Assembly (NCBI GenBank): GCA_964489085.1
Contig: CAZAXO010000001.1
Location: 1,483 to 65,482, forward strand
Reading direction: 5' to 3'
DNA from: an uncultured Candidatus Bathyarchaeia archaeon
GTDB taxonomy: Archaea > Thermoproteota > Bathyarchaeia > 40CM-2-53-6 > DTGE01
Length of the DNA stretch: 64,000 bases
In this document: piece by piece, positions 10,044 to 19,843 of the stretch
Numbering within the stretch: the first letter of the stretch is position 1
Layout of the letters: each line of letters starts with the position of its first letter
Translations under genes and position numbers: made by a program
Notes under the pieces: model-generated
Seen by the model: the letters and a program-made list of their open reading frames with translations, nothing else
The model's database searches: none
What the model was told of the DNA's origin: nothing

Positions 10044-10942
10044 TCTCCTATAGCATATGATGTATATTGACTTAATTCCTGTCGTTGTTCTCGAGTTAAC
10101 ATACTCATATATCCTTCATCCCATAAAAATATTTGTACGTTTCTATACCTAGACTTATATCTTAGAATAATTTCTTCTCTGAGTCTTGTCTCAGCGAATT
10201 CATCACCGTTTCTAGCCAGTTCTTTTAACAAAGGAAAGCTTAATTTTGAATCCAAGACTCTTGTGTCGTAACCGTTTTCTACCCATGCTTGTACGTTGGA
10301 ACAGTGTCCCATAAATTCTTCGTCTGGAGTCAACATGGTTGTGTCGGACTCATTCCTGTTCGAGTATAAATCTACGATTTCATCGATGCTTTCGAAGTCG
10401 TCGTTCGAATGGTTGCAGGGGATGCTAATCAATAGATATGAACATTGCATAAATTGATTATTATTTATATAAATTCGTGTACGATTATCATGTTTGACTA
10501 ATTTTAAAAGGGAAGAACGAGGATTTGGATAAAATACTTTGTGAACTAGCCCTTTAGCTCCTATAAGACTAGCTCCAAATAGATCAGTCTTGTCGAAATG
10601 TGTATTATTTAGATTAGACCCTTCAAGATTAGCATCTCTTAGGTTGGTTCTGGTGAGATTAGCCCATTCAAGATTAGCTCCTTGTAAGTTGGCTCCCTCA
10701 AGATTAGCTTCTTGTAAGTTGGACCTCCCTAGGTCTGCTCCTTCAAGACAAGCCCCTCTGAGATCAGATATATTTAAACTAGCCCACCTCAAATTGGCAT
10801 TTTTAAAGTTAATATCCTTTAGATCAGCATTTGTAAGGATAATTTTCGAATAATCTACTCCCTCAAAGTTTGCCCCTCGTAGGTTAGCACCTTTAGTTGG
10901 TATTTTAGTAATACTACCAGTATCAGTATCATAAAACTCCAT
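10022..10942 (-). CDS. pentapeptide-repeat protein
   Basis: About 25 consecutive A(D/N)LxG pentapeptide repeats (ANLRGANFEGVDYS...ANLEGANLQGANLEWANLTRTNLRDANLEGSNL), followed by a unique C-terminal domain of about 150 aa. Confidence 0.7.
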   Translation of the reverse strand: MEFYDTDTGSITKIPTKGANLRGANFEGVDYSKIILTNADLKDINFKNANLRWASLNISDLRGACLEGADLGRSNLQEANLEGANLQGANLEWANLTRTNLRDANLEGSNLNNTHFDKTDLFGASLIGAKGLVHKVFYPNPRSSLLKLVKHDNRTRIYINNNQFMQCSYLLISIPCNHSNDDFESIDEIVDLYSNRNESDTTMLTPDEEFMGHCSNVQAWVENGYDTRVLDSKLSFPLLKELARNGDEFAETRLREEIILRYKSRYRNVQIFLWDEGYMSMLTREQRQELSQYTSYAIGECTKVTT

Positions 10943-10969
10943 TTCTATCTTATAACCTCCAGTTCTATT

Positions 10970-11980
10970 CTATAATAAAGCACTTATTGGTACCCAAGAA
11001 TTAAAAGTTTTACCATCAACTTCGATAAAAGCCTTAATAGCTTTTGGTGTCCTAGTCTCAACATCTTTGATAACACCGTTTTTACTAATAGAAAAATTCT
11101 TTTCCATTAGCCATTTTTTTACTGATCTTCCAATAAATTCATCATAATTAGTAGTTACAATACTTCTAAGTACTTCAATTTGTTTATCCGTCAAACTTCC
11201 ACGCTCAAAAAATAATTGTTGAAACGAAAACAAATACTGTCTCTCATCCTCATTGAGTTTATCAACAATATTAGTAGCTTTATTCAAAATTCTAGTTATT
11301 TCCTGAAATCTATCTTCGTTTTTAGATTTTAATATTTTATTTGCCACATCTAATTGCTTGTCCGAAAAAACTCTCATATTATTATGTTGTGTAACGACTG
11401 ATATTATAAAACTCTTCTCCCAGTTAGTTAGTATTTTAGTTTGTTTATTTTTCTTAAAGCAAGTAACAAGTTTCTTTACAATTTCATGCTGTTCACTATT
11501 ATCAGTTAAAAACTTAGCCACCTTCTTTTTGTGACCTTCTACCTTCATTAGTTCCTTCAAATGAACCGACTTTTTCTTTCTAGCACCCTTAACAATTTCC
11601 CTGAGAATACCAGCTAACTTCTTAAAATCGTAATTTACATCTTTCGGATGTGGAATATCCTTAGTAAAATCTCCTAACTCATCTCTAGCAATAATCCATA
11701 GATATTTACCAGCCCTAAGAACATCTTCATCGTTAAGTTGATCTTCACTTAAGTTCCAATATTTTAATATGAAAGGTTTGGCAATGCATACATTGCCGTA
11801 AACATAGACGTTACCATCTGAATCTTTGACTTCAACACCATACCTGATCGGATGGCCTTCCACACAGGTACCTGCGCCAAATTTTCCGTAGTCAATCATA
11901 CCAACTATCTCAAACTCCTTATTAGATAAGTATAAGGAGTTTTCAATGTTAATCCTACTCACGATTTTGATAACCTCCAA
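10970..11980 (-). CDS. hypothetical protein
   Basis: 336-aa ORF. Confidence 0.4.
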   Translation of the reverse strand: MEVIKIVSRINIENSLYLSNKEFEIVGMIDYGKFGAGTCVEGHPIRYGVEVKDSDGNVYVYGNVCIAKPFILKYWNLSEDQLNDEDVLRAGKYLWIIARDELGDFTKDIPHPKDVNYDFKKLAGILREIVKGARKKKSVHLKELMKVEGHKKKVAKFLTDNSEQHEIVKKLVTCFKKNKQTKILTNWEKSFIISVVTQHNNMRVFSDKQLDVANKILKSKNEDRFQEITRILNKATNIVDKLNEDERQYLFSFQQLFFERGSLTDKQIEVLRSIVTTNYDEFIGRSVKKWLMEKNFSISKNGVIKDVETRTPKAIKAFIEVDGKTFNSWVPISALL

Positions 11981-12031
11981 TTTTTTTTTAATTTTTTGAT
12001 TTAATTCTCAATTTAAAATAAAAAAAAGAAT

Positions 12032-12331
12032 TTAAATTAATTTATCCATATGTTCTAGAATATAATAAAAAACCGAATGATTTAGATGTTTGTTCCATTC
12101 TTCAGCAGTATGAAGGTTATTTATTTTACACATTTTTATAACATTAATTTTCATACCAAGAGCTTCAGAAGGTTCTCGAAAACCTCCTATTCTGGTATCT
12201 CTACCACAAATAGGACAATTCATAGATAAAGAAAAATGCGTACCTCGATTTATACAATAAAATTTATCCAAAACTTCTTGTGTTATTTCAAGATCTTCTA
12301 AGTTTTCCATTTTTTTTACTAAGCTTTCCAT
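12032..12331 (-). CDS. zinc-ribbon small protein
   Basis: 99 aa with a CPICGRD zinc ribbon. Confidence 0.35.
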   Translation of the reverse strand: MESLVKKMENLEDLEITQEVLDKFYCINRGTHFSLSMNCPICGRDTRIGGFREPSEALGMKINVIKMCKINNLHTAEEWNKHLNHSVFYYILEHMDKLI

Positions 12332-12334
12332 TTT

Positions 12335-12616
12335 TTAAACCACCCTTTTCCTTTTATTTGTTCTCATTGTTTTATGTCCTTCTTGGAGAACATAAAAATA
12401 GGTTCCATCCTCCACGAGATATTCGTTAATATCTCGATGGATTTTAAGGGGCAAAACTCTTTTCATTCCATGAGGCTTTTCCTTTGAACCCCCGCAAAAT
12501 GAACATATTTTCACGGGGCGGGCACTATTCAAGAATAACGACCCACACGAGACACATTCGTCAATAAAAGGTTTTTCTATTGTTTGTAAAAAATGCTTAT
12601 TTTTATTCATTTTCAT
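12335..12616 (-). CDS. zinc-ribbon small protein
   Basis: 93 aa with CVSCGS...CSFCGGS. Preceded by the conserved promoter-like element. Confidence 0.35.
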   Translation of the reverse strand: MKMNKNKHFLQTIEKPFIDECVSCGSLFLNSARPVKICSFCGGSKEKPHGMKRVLPLKIHRDINEYLVEDGTYFYVLQEGHKTMRTNKRKRVV

Positions 12617-12643
12617 ACTTTTCTAATCACTTTTTTTATTTTA

Positions 12644-12682
12644 TTTATATAAATATAAACAATTATCATATTTAAATATATA
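12644..12682 (-). promoter_or_regulatory. conserved TATA-rich promoter-like element (copy 1)
   Basis: TTTATATAAATATA(A)ACAATTATCATATTTAAATATAT lies 28 bp upstream of the 12616 start. A second copy at 18887..18925 matches in all but 2 positions. Confidence 0.45.
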
Positions 12683-12685
12683 GGT

Positions 12686-13078
12686 TTATGTATCATCATC
12701 TAAAATAGTCCATCTCCCTGATTTATATATTACAATATAATCACCGATATTCAATTGATAATATACTTTAGCATAATTCTGATAAATTCTAGTTTCATCT
12801 ATTTTAAAATCATTTAAGGCATACTCCTTTCCATCTATTGTAATAATATATAATTTGTGCAAACCATCCTCTATTCTCATATCTTCAATCGCTCCTTCGA
12901 GAACAACGGTTTGATCGTCTATTTTCTTCTGTTCTTCCATATATGAATAGGCACAACAAAATATAATCAAAAAAGTCGTTAAAAGAGAAATTATTACAAT
13001 AATTACCTCCTGTGTATCGTCCATTATTTTATCCACCTCCTTAATATCTATAAGACACTTTATTTGATTTATAACCAA
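12686..13078 (-). CDS. small membrane protein
   Basis: 130 aa with one TM helix (IIVIISLLTTFLIIFCCAY). Confidence 0.35.
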   Translation of the reverse strand: MVINQIKCLIDIKEVDKIMDDTQEVIIVIISLLTTFLIIFCCAYSYMEEQKKIDDQTVVLEGAIEDMRIEDGLHKLYIITIDGKEYALNDFKIDETRIYQNYAKVYYQLNIGDYIVIYKSGRWTILDDDT

Positions 13079-13388
13079 GTAGATTTTCTTTTAATTTCAT
13101 AGGTGGATATTTACCAGACACAAAAACCTTTTGAGTTGTCATAAAAAAATAGGAACCATCGTGTTTCCTACAATATCTACCATTATAATAATACCATTTG
13201 AACATACCATCAGTGGTAAGAAACATCCTACCTTCAGGAGGTTTGAACTTATTAAGATCAGAATCTACAACTACCAATACTTCCATACTATAAGGGTCAA
13301 CTATTGCTACTCTACCCTTATTCTTAGTCAATTGTTCTCTGATATCCTTCGTTAACTTTATTAATTCAATCTTAGGTATTAAAATCAC
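13041..13388 (-). CDS. hypothetical protein
   Basis: 115-aa ORF. Confidence 0.3.
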   Translation of the reverse strand: MILIPKIELIKLTKDIREQLTKNKGRVAIVDPYSMEVLVVVDSDLNKFKPPEGRMFLTTDGMFKWYYYNGRYCRKHDGSYFFMTTQKVFVSGKYPPMKLKENLLGYKSNKVSYRY

Positions 13389-13423
13389 CTTACTATTCCT
13401 TCATAATCAGAAACCCTATAGAA

Positions 13424-14314
13424 TTACAACAAATTCAATAAATTATCTCTGGCTGTTCTAAGAGAGACAGTAGTAACCTCTAAAATCTCTGATATATCAT
13501 CCTGTCTAAGACCCCAGTCGTACTTATCAGATAATACGTAAATTATACCAGCAGTAGAACACAACTTATTCCTACCACTATAAATACTATCATACATGTT
13601 AGAGAAATTATAACCATCGGATAATATATCATTCACACTACCATTCAACCCACCAAATTTATTATTTAGGCGGTATATATAATGTCTGACGTATCCATGC
13701 AGAGGCACAGCCTTAACCGGTTTCAAATTGTATTCCTTAATCATTCCATAATGTAATTTCATAACAGTTTTCATATTTAGCTTACCACTATCGTTATTCT
13801 CATCCTTCACATAACCATCATCACCAAAAAAACTCAACATATTTCTTACGTTGAAAGGTGTTTCATGTAATCTAAAACAATAAATTAGAATAGCCATAGC
13901 AAACGCCGCATTACTATAACCAGATAATTTTTTATCTATTGTTTTAAGAATAAGATATTCTACATCCTTTTTAATATCACTATTATCCATTTCAATATGT
14001 TTAAAGTATTTCTCACTCAAAATTTTAATAGTAATACCCTTACGCTTATAACCAGGATCCCAATTTGATACCCTTTTAATTCTACTAAATGTACTTTTAT
14101 CCTTTACGTTATTCCTAATTTCAAAAGTAGTCCTTCGAGTGTTAAAAATACCAGATACAACCTCAGTATGCACCTTATTTCTCACATCTTCACTATCATA
14201 TACTCGACTACGCATAGAGACATATCTATCAGTTCTAACAACTAGACCACAGTCAATACAAGTCACATAAATTGAGTTTTTAACTATATTAATATGCCTA
14301 CATTTATCCACCAT
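13424..14314 (-). CDS. tfb: TFIIB-like transcription factor
   Basis: N-terminal Zn ribbon CRHINIV...CIDCGLVV (the CxxCGLV signature). Two cyclin-fold-like segments (SNAAFAMAILIYCFRLHETPF, and GRNKLCSTAGIIYVLS...VSLRTARDNL). Length 296 aa. Confidence 0.65.
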   Translation of the reverse strand: MVDKCRHINIVKNSIYVTCIDCGLVVRTDRYVSMRSRVYDSEDVRNKVHTEVVSGIFNTRRTTFEIRNNVKDKSTFSRIKRVSNWDPGYKRKGITIKILSEKYFKHIEMDNSDIKKDVEYLILKTIDKKLSGYSNAAFAMAILIYCFRLHETPFNVRNMLSFFGDDGYVKDENNDSGKLNMKTVMKLHYGMIKEYNLKPVKAVPLHGYVRHYIYRLNNKFGGLNGSVNDILSDGYNFSNMYDSIYSGRNKLCSTAGIIYVLSDKYDWGLRQDDISEILEVTTVSLRTARDNLLNLL

Positions 14315-14454
14315 ATTATATACCTCCTAATTTCTAAATTTACACTCTGCTTCCTTATAATCATCACATTTGTAATTTTTACCATCGCACTCTATTGATA
14401 GATGTTTTTTATTAAAGCAATATCCTAATTCGTAATACTCACACAATGACATAT

Positions 14455-15054
14455 TTATCCCTCTAAACCATTTAATATTACATTTAATCTATCTCTTTTT
14501 TTACTTAATAATTTAATAACTATACTTTTTAATTTCATAAATAAATTAATATATTCTTTATTATCGAGTCCACCCCTTAAAATATAGGACGGATGGTAAA
14601 CCGGATACACATAATACTCTATCATGTCTTTCCTTTTTACAAATAACTTACCTATACTACTTTTCATACCTCGGTTTTTAATAAAATACGACGTTGCGGT
14701 AGAGCCTAATGTTACTATAATCAAAGGTTTCATTTGACTCATCTCATATAATAAGTGTTTTCTACAACTATTAATTTCGTCCCACGATGGTGTCCTATTA
14801 TTTGGTGGCCTACATTTTACTATATTAGTAACATAGAAATACTCTCTATTTATACCAGCTTTTTTCATAGATTCAGTTAAAAGCATTCCACTTCTACCTA
14901 CAAATGGTTTACCAAGTTTTACTTCAGTACCACCAGGTGCTTCTCCTATAATCATCAAATTATAGTTTACATTTCCAGAACCAGATATAACTTTGTTATC
15001 TCCAGTATATAGACCACATTCCTTATCTACGCAATCTATTAATATTCTATCCAT
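14455..15054 (-). CDS. udg: uracil-DNA glycosylase, family 4 (Fe-S type)
   Basis: Motifs GEAPGGTEVKLGKPFVGRSG, NIVKCRPPNNRTP and HPSYILRGG, plus Cys residues that fit a 4Fe-4S cluster. Confidence 0.8.
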   Translation of the reverse strand: MDRILIDCVDKECGLYTGDNKVISGSGNVNYNLMIIGEAPGGTEVKLGKPFVGRSGMLLTESMKKAGINREYFYVTNIVKCRPPNNRTPSWDEINSCRKHLLYEMSQMKPLIIVTLGSTATSYFIKNRGMKSSIGKLFVKRKDMIEYYVYPVYHPSYILRGGLDNKEYINLFMKLKSIVIKLLSKKRDRLNVILNGLEG

Positions 15055-15055
15055 C

Positions 15056-15370
15056 TTAACTAATCTCTACCATCTCTAGCTCAGTACTATCTATTTCAAC
15101 TACATTTAATTTCTCTATCTCTTTATCATATGAAAACTCTGATACTTTCCTACCCGAATTCATTATAAATTCTTTTAGCTTATCCTTAAGCCAATAAGTT
15201 CTATTATATTTGGTAACTGATATTCTATATTTACTAAATTCTTTAAATCCTATTTTTTCACTAGTTAAATAAGTTTTTATATCACTCTTAAGAGTATCTT
15301 TGATATTATTCAAAATAGAAATTTGTTTACTTATCTCGTGGTATTTCCTTACTTGATCCTCTATTGACAT
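15056..15370 (-). CDS. hypothetical protein
   Basis: 104-aa ORF. Confidence 0.3.
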   Translation of the reverse strand: MSIEDQVRKYHEISKQISILNNIKDTLKSDIKTYLTSEKIGFKEFSKYRISVTKYNRTYWLKDKLKEFIMNSGRKVSEFSYDKEIEKLNVVEIDSTELEMVEIS

Positions 15371-15579
15371 AAAATAATTCCAATTTTTTTATTTACGTTT
15401 TTTATCTCTGTATAAATTAGATTATATAATTTATTTATTTTTTCATTTAACTTATATTTATCGAAGTTTTTCAATAATAAAATTAATTCATCTTTAAAAT
15501 ATTCTTTAGTTATACTTTTTTTATTATTTTCGTGTACTACAGCTTCAGTATATAATTTTTCAAAGTCTATATTCTCCAT
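15361..15579 (-). CDS. hypothetical small protein
   Basis: 72-aa ORF. Confidence 0.3.
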   Translation of the reverse strand: MENIDFEKLYTEAVVHENNKKSITKEYFKDELILLLKNFDKYKLNEKINKLYNLIYTEIKNVNKKIGIILCQ

Positions 15580-15970
15580 CAGTTTTTATCTTACTAAACC
15601 TCCTACTTATAAAAGATATCTCTTCTTTAGAAAATTTGATTTTAGTATCGAAACTAACATTATTAGATCTCATTATTTTTTGATAAATTACCATTAATAC
15701 CAATACTTTGTCTAATACTGATGACTCAATTTGCTTGACAGTACCATTTTTTAAGTCGTATACTCCATAACTAACCCTTTTAAATTTATCTTTATGATTA
15801 TACAACGTTGTATTAATGGTATTCCTTGTAACCTTACCATAGGATGGATCTTTATTTAACTCGTTAACTATCTCTATAAGTTGCATAGATCCTTCTTTTT
15901 TTAATAATTTTTCTATCCTATCAACTAAATACATGTTATTAATAACGTTAAACGATATAATTGACATCAT
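15560..15970 (-). CDS. hypothetical protein
   Basis: 136-aa ORF with a 4-nt overlap with the upstream gene. Confidence 0.35.
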   Translation of the reverse strand: MMSIISFNVINNMYLVDRIEKLLKKEGSMQLIEIVNELNKDPSYGKVTRNTINTTLYNHKDKFKRVSYGVYDLKNGTVKQIESSVLDKVLVLMVIYQKIMRSNNVSFDTKIKFSKEEISFISRRFSKIKTDGEYRL

Positions 15971-16776
15971 AAAACACGTTTCATCCTGTTAAACTCTTTT
16001 AACATTCCCTCCAACTCTTTTTTATATAAACTCTTTCCTGTTTTGACGTATTTATACATTTTACTTAAATACCATTTAAAATTTAACATATCAATCTCAC
16101 TAATTCTATTCACATTACCTCCAGTAAACAATTTAACTAATGATTCACTCTTTGTAGGCCCTACACCACTAATTCTATTTGAAACTATGGTTGGATCCCG
16201 TATATTCGATATATCTCTTATTGTATAATATTTCCTAGCTTTTTTCGATAAATTATATCCCCAACCTTCGGCACAAGATATAGCACCTATCTCTCTATCA
16301 TCGGTAGATGCTATTGGTTTATATAATTTAGTAAAATCTATGGTACCAGTAGAATGTTTAAGTATAGATACAATCATATAGGCAGATTCCTCCTTATTGG
16401 CAGAATGGTAAATACTGACACCATACTTAGTCATTAGTGAACCAAGGGCTCCAAGTTTACTCTCGGTACTCATTTGGGAAAAGACGTTATTTATATCCCC
16501 TTCTATTAAGATGATAACACGACTAAACCCATTTTCATACATCTCTATGACCTGTCTAAATAATCTACCATCGGCAATAGAAGAAACATAATCATCTTTG
16601 CTTTTTCTTTCTATTCCAACATTTCCAACTTTAGAGTCCTCACCCCTAATAATATAATCGCATACAGGGAAATGAGAAGAAAATACTCTACATTTAATAT
16701 TATATTGAGAAATATTGATTCTTAAATACCTAATCATAATAGATGGTTCTCTATTATCCACACCAAGTTCCATCAT
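15967..16776 (-). CDS. ERCC4-type (XPF/Hef/Mus81-like) structure-specific nuclease
   Basis: ERCC4 signature GIERKSKDDYVSSIADGRLFRQ. The start overlaps the helicase stop by 4 nt. Confidence 0.6.
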   Translation of the reverse strand: MMELGVDNREPSIMIRYLRINISQYNIKCRVFSSHFPVCDYIIRGEDSKVGNVGIERKSKDDYVSSIADGRLFRQVIEMYENGFSRVIILIEGDINNVFSQMSTESKLGALGSLMTKYGVSIYHSANKEESAYMIVSILKHSTGTIDFTKLYKPIASTDDREIGAISCAEGWGYNLSKKARKYYTIRDISNIRDPTIVSNRISGVGPTKSESLVKLFTGGNVNRISEIDMLNFKWYLSKMYKYVKTGKSLYKKELEGMLKEFNRMKRVL

Positions 16777-18884
16777 AAAAATACTGCAGCTCCCTTTTTA
16801 ATTTCCATTATACTATCAGTCTTTAAACCTATAATTTCAGATAATTTAGAAACTGATGTAGAAATGAATTTTTCAACCGAGTCAATATTTCTACTTAATA
16901 GTGAACTTAATCGTTTCTCACCAATACCTTTCAATTTAGCTAACTCTATGATACCACCCGTTATGATACCATGTTTAGCCCCTATTAGTAAGTCAGTTAA
17001 TTCCTGCTTGTAATCTCTAAATAGAATCGAAGAAATAGATAAGAAACGTTCAGAAGCACCAAGTACAGTATACTTATCACCCGAACTGAAGGTGAAATTC
17101 TTTTTAACTTTATTTATTTCTTTGTTAAGTTTGCCTATTTCGTTAGCTATTGTATATTGATCATATTTTTCTACATATTCTACTTTCCGTTCTAACTCAT
17201 CTATCCTATCTTGATATTCCGTCGTTTCTTTCATTATTAATTCTTTATGATAAGTAAGAGCAAAAATTTTCATTATATTACCAGAAAAATCTATATACTT
17301 ATCCATTATTTTATACCCAAAATGTCTGGTTATTTCCTGTCTTGGTTTAATAAAATCTATGGCATAATCTATCTTAGTTTGATCGTTATCATAAGCTACC
17401 ACTATGGATGCATATTCTGGAGCACTGGCTATTAAACAGAATAATTCTCCATTGGTCAAATCTTCCTTTTTATACAACACTCTCTCCCAGTGAACAACCG
17501 TTTCCGGTTGTATTGAATACTTTGAAGTCATTCTGCCCTTAAAGGTAGGTACCAATCTATCACCATTAGTATGAACAAATCTGTGTTTCGTTAACCAATT
17601 CAACTCACTTACTAATAAATCTCTAGTTATAGTATTATCCATAAGGAAATTTTCTATTAAAGAAAACTTATCAACATCGGTCACTATCTCAGAAACCACC
17701 CATCCAAGTTCGTATTTCTTAAGGTAGTTCCTCAACTTTGACTCAACCAAAAGTGGTCTTTTCATATGCTCAAGTACTTCCTCCTTTTCAGACTCAGCAC
17801 AAAAAACGAAAGCATATCCCATTTTGGAAAAACCAGGTCGTCCAGCCCGACCCATACTTTGTTCTAAACGGTCTTTTTCAATTAGTTGTCTACCAAGTAA
17901 ATATGAATACTGATACATATCGAACATTACGACTATATCAGCAGGTAAATTTACTCCCATTGCTAATGTGGGAGTAGCAGCAACTATGTTAATTCTACCA
18001 CTTCTGAACATATCTTCAACTTTGTCTTTTTCCTCAACCGACATACCAGCATTATGCCAACCCATTTTATAAGTGTATAATGCTTCATTTAATTTAATAT
18101 TATTATTATGAGTAAGTTCGGATATTACACCCCTAGTTCTGGATCTTGAAGTCGTAAATATGAGAATTTTCTTATCTGGAAATTTAACAATAATTTTACG
18201 GATAATATCGACTCTCGCCTTTATATCCAACCAATAATTATAGTTTTTGCGATATGTCATAACGTATTTTTTCAATGGTACAGGTCGTTCGTCTTTACCA
18301 GCACTTATTAACGACATTTTTAAATCATCGGAAAATTTTACCGGATTATCAATAGTAGCAGATAAACCAACGATTTGACAATCAGGAAATAAAACTCTAG
18401 TCATTATCACATCACATTCCACTATACCACCTCGTGACTCATCACCGTAGTTATGAACCTCATCTATAACTACTAGTCCGAGATTAGAAAAGATTGTACG
18501 TTTATTCACATCATTAAGAATAACATAAAACCTCTCATATGTAAGTATAGCAATATTCCAATCACCGTACTCATCTATTTCCTTCCTGTTATCACCATCA
18601 TCTAAGATAATTCTACTTTTTGGAAAATATTTCTTCAACTCAGCGGTTTGCTCCTTAGTTAAAACTTTCAATGGTGACAATAAAACTGCTCGTTTTCCAA
18701 CACTTAAAGTCTTAGCTATTGCCATAATAGCAATAGGTGTCTTACCATAACCCGTAGGTAAGACAGTAATGAAATTTTTCCGCTCATTAATTAAAGGTAT
18801 AGCCTCCTCTTGACGAGGTCTAAGCATAAACGGAAATGATAACCCATAAACCTTAGCGACACTCATATTTCTTTTGACCTCCAA
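16773..18884 (-). CDS. SF2 DEVH-box helicase (Hef/Hel308-like) with C-terminal HhH
   Basis: Walker A LPTGYGKT, VIDEVHNYGD, motif VI SMGRAGRPG and a C-terminal LAKLKGIGEKR helix-hairpin-helix. Confidence 0.75.
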   Translation of the reverse strand: MEVKRNMSVAKVYGLSFPFMLRPRQEEAIPLINERKNFITVLPTGYGKTPIAIMAIAKTLSVGKRAVLLSPLKVLTKEQTAELKKYFPKSRIILDDGDNRKEIDEYGDWNIAILTYERFYVILNDVNKRTIFSNLGLVVIDEVHNYGDESRGGIVECDVIMTRVLFPDCQIVGLSATIDNPVKFSDDLKMSLISAGKDERPVPLKKYVMTYRKNYNYWLDIKARVDIIRKIIVKFPDKKILIFTTSRSRTRGVISELTHNNNIKLNEALYTYKMGWHNAGMSVEEKDKVEDMFRSGRINIVAATPTLAMGVNLPADIVVMFDMYQYSYLLGRQLIEKDRLEQSMGRAGRPGFSKMGYAFVFCAESEKEEVLEHMKRPLLVESKLRNYLKKYELGWVVSEIVTDVDKFSLIENFLMDNTITRDLLVSELNWLTKHRFVHTNGDRLVPTFKGRMTSKYSIQPETVVHWERVLYKKEDLTNGELFCLIASAPEYASIVVAYDNDQTKIDYAIDFIKPRQEITRHFGYKIMDKYIDFSGNIMKIFALTYHKELIMKETTEYQDRIDELERKVEYVEKYDQYTIANEIGKLNKEINKVKKNFTFSSGDKYTVLGASERFLSISSILFRDYKQELTDLLIGAKHGIITGGIIELAKLKGIGEKRLSSLLSRNIDSVEKFISTSVSKLSEIIGLKTDSIMEIKKGAAVFL

Positions 18885-18886
18885 AA

Positions 18887-18925
18887 CTTTTTTATTTTTA
18901 TATAAATATAGACAATTATCATATT
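18887..18925 (-). promoter_or_regulatory. conserved TATA-rich promoter-like element (copy 2)
   Basis: Matches 12644..12682 in all but 2 of 39 positions. It sits directly upstream of the helicase gene and contains the palindromic ATATTTAAATAT. Confidence 0.45.
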
Positions 18926-18958
18926 TAAATATATGTTATGATTATACATATATTGAAC

Positions 18959-19843
18959 CTATACCAGCGACATTACCTTTCGGTTAGACTCCAATATTTC
19001 CATAATCTTCCCTATTTCATCTATATATTTCAAAATACATCTCTGTTTAGCCTCAGTCATAGTTAAACCAGACTCTCGTATCCAAATACTATCCAAATTA
19101 TCGTCAAATGTACGACCCTTCTTCATTGGTATTCCCCATGACCAAGTATCAACAGAAGTAAATTCAAATCCGTATTTGAGTAAACTCTTCATAAAAGTTA
19201 AATTTCCACCAAATATATGTATCTTTGGATTATTAAACCTCCTGTTTAAATAATTACAAACCTGACGCCGTATTTCTATAAAAAAATCGTACATATCACC
19301 ATCCATGTTGGTAATACCACCACCTCCGATACCCCAATACTCCACCTGTTTTAAATCGAAGTTCTCACCTAACATATCTACAAATAGTAATTTTTCATCG
19401 ACACTATTCCCTTGTATGGGAATAATTAACTCGTAATTCCTATCCATATCGAATTGTTCTATGTAGTTATCTATAGTCTTTCTCATATATGGTAATCTAT
19501 CTTCGTACCTATCCCCTATTTTTTCAATTAAAGATGCTGTATTGTAATCCAAACAAACACCTGAATCTGGATTAATAAAGTTTAAACAATCATTATATTC
19601 AGAAACAGTAAACGGATAATCTGGATAATTCTTTAAAATATTATAACCACCTGAATCAATCATAAGTTTTTTAACGTTCCTAAAAACGTCGGGAAATGTA
19701 TTTACAAAACAACGATTTTTGTTATCATAGGATTTCAAAACACTCTGTAACACACAAAGTTTAGTATAATCAACCCATATATTCCCAGTTCTACGAGTAA
19801 AAAGAAAAGAATTTTCAACTACAAAATAAAAATCTTCAAACAT
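18959..19843 (-). CDS. dpdA: DpdA-like tRNA-guanine-transglycosylase-family protein (7-deazaguanine DNA transglycosylase candidate)
   Basis: MIDSGGY matches the TGT catalytic DSGG(F/Y) motif. At 294 aa it is too short for ArcTGT with PUA domains. It neighbours the preQ0 biosynthesis genes. Confidence 0.5.
   Translation of the reverse strand: MFEDFYFVVENSFLFTRRTGNIWVDYTKLCVLQSVLKSYDNKNRCFVNTFPDVFRNVKKLMIDSGGYNILKNYPDYPFTVSEYNDCLNFINPDSGVCLDYNTASLIEKIGDRYEDRLPYMRKTIDNYIEQFDMDRNYELIIPIQGNSVDEKLLFVDMLGENFDLKQVEYWGIGGGGITNMDGDMYDFFIEIRRQVCNYLNRRFNNPKIHIFGGNLTFMKSLLKYGFEFTSVDTWSWGIPMKKGRTFDDNLDSIWIRESGLTMTEAKQRCILKYIDEIGKIMEILESNRKVMSLV

Noticed and set aside
10590-10853. Plus-strand ORF rich in Leu/Ala/Ser/Arg
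   Set aside because: It is the complement of the pentapeptide-repeat coding region, and the repeat periodicity creates an artificial open frame.
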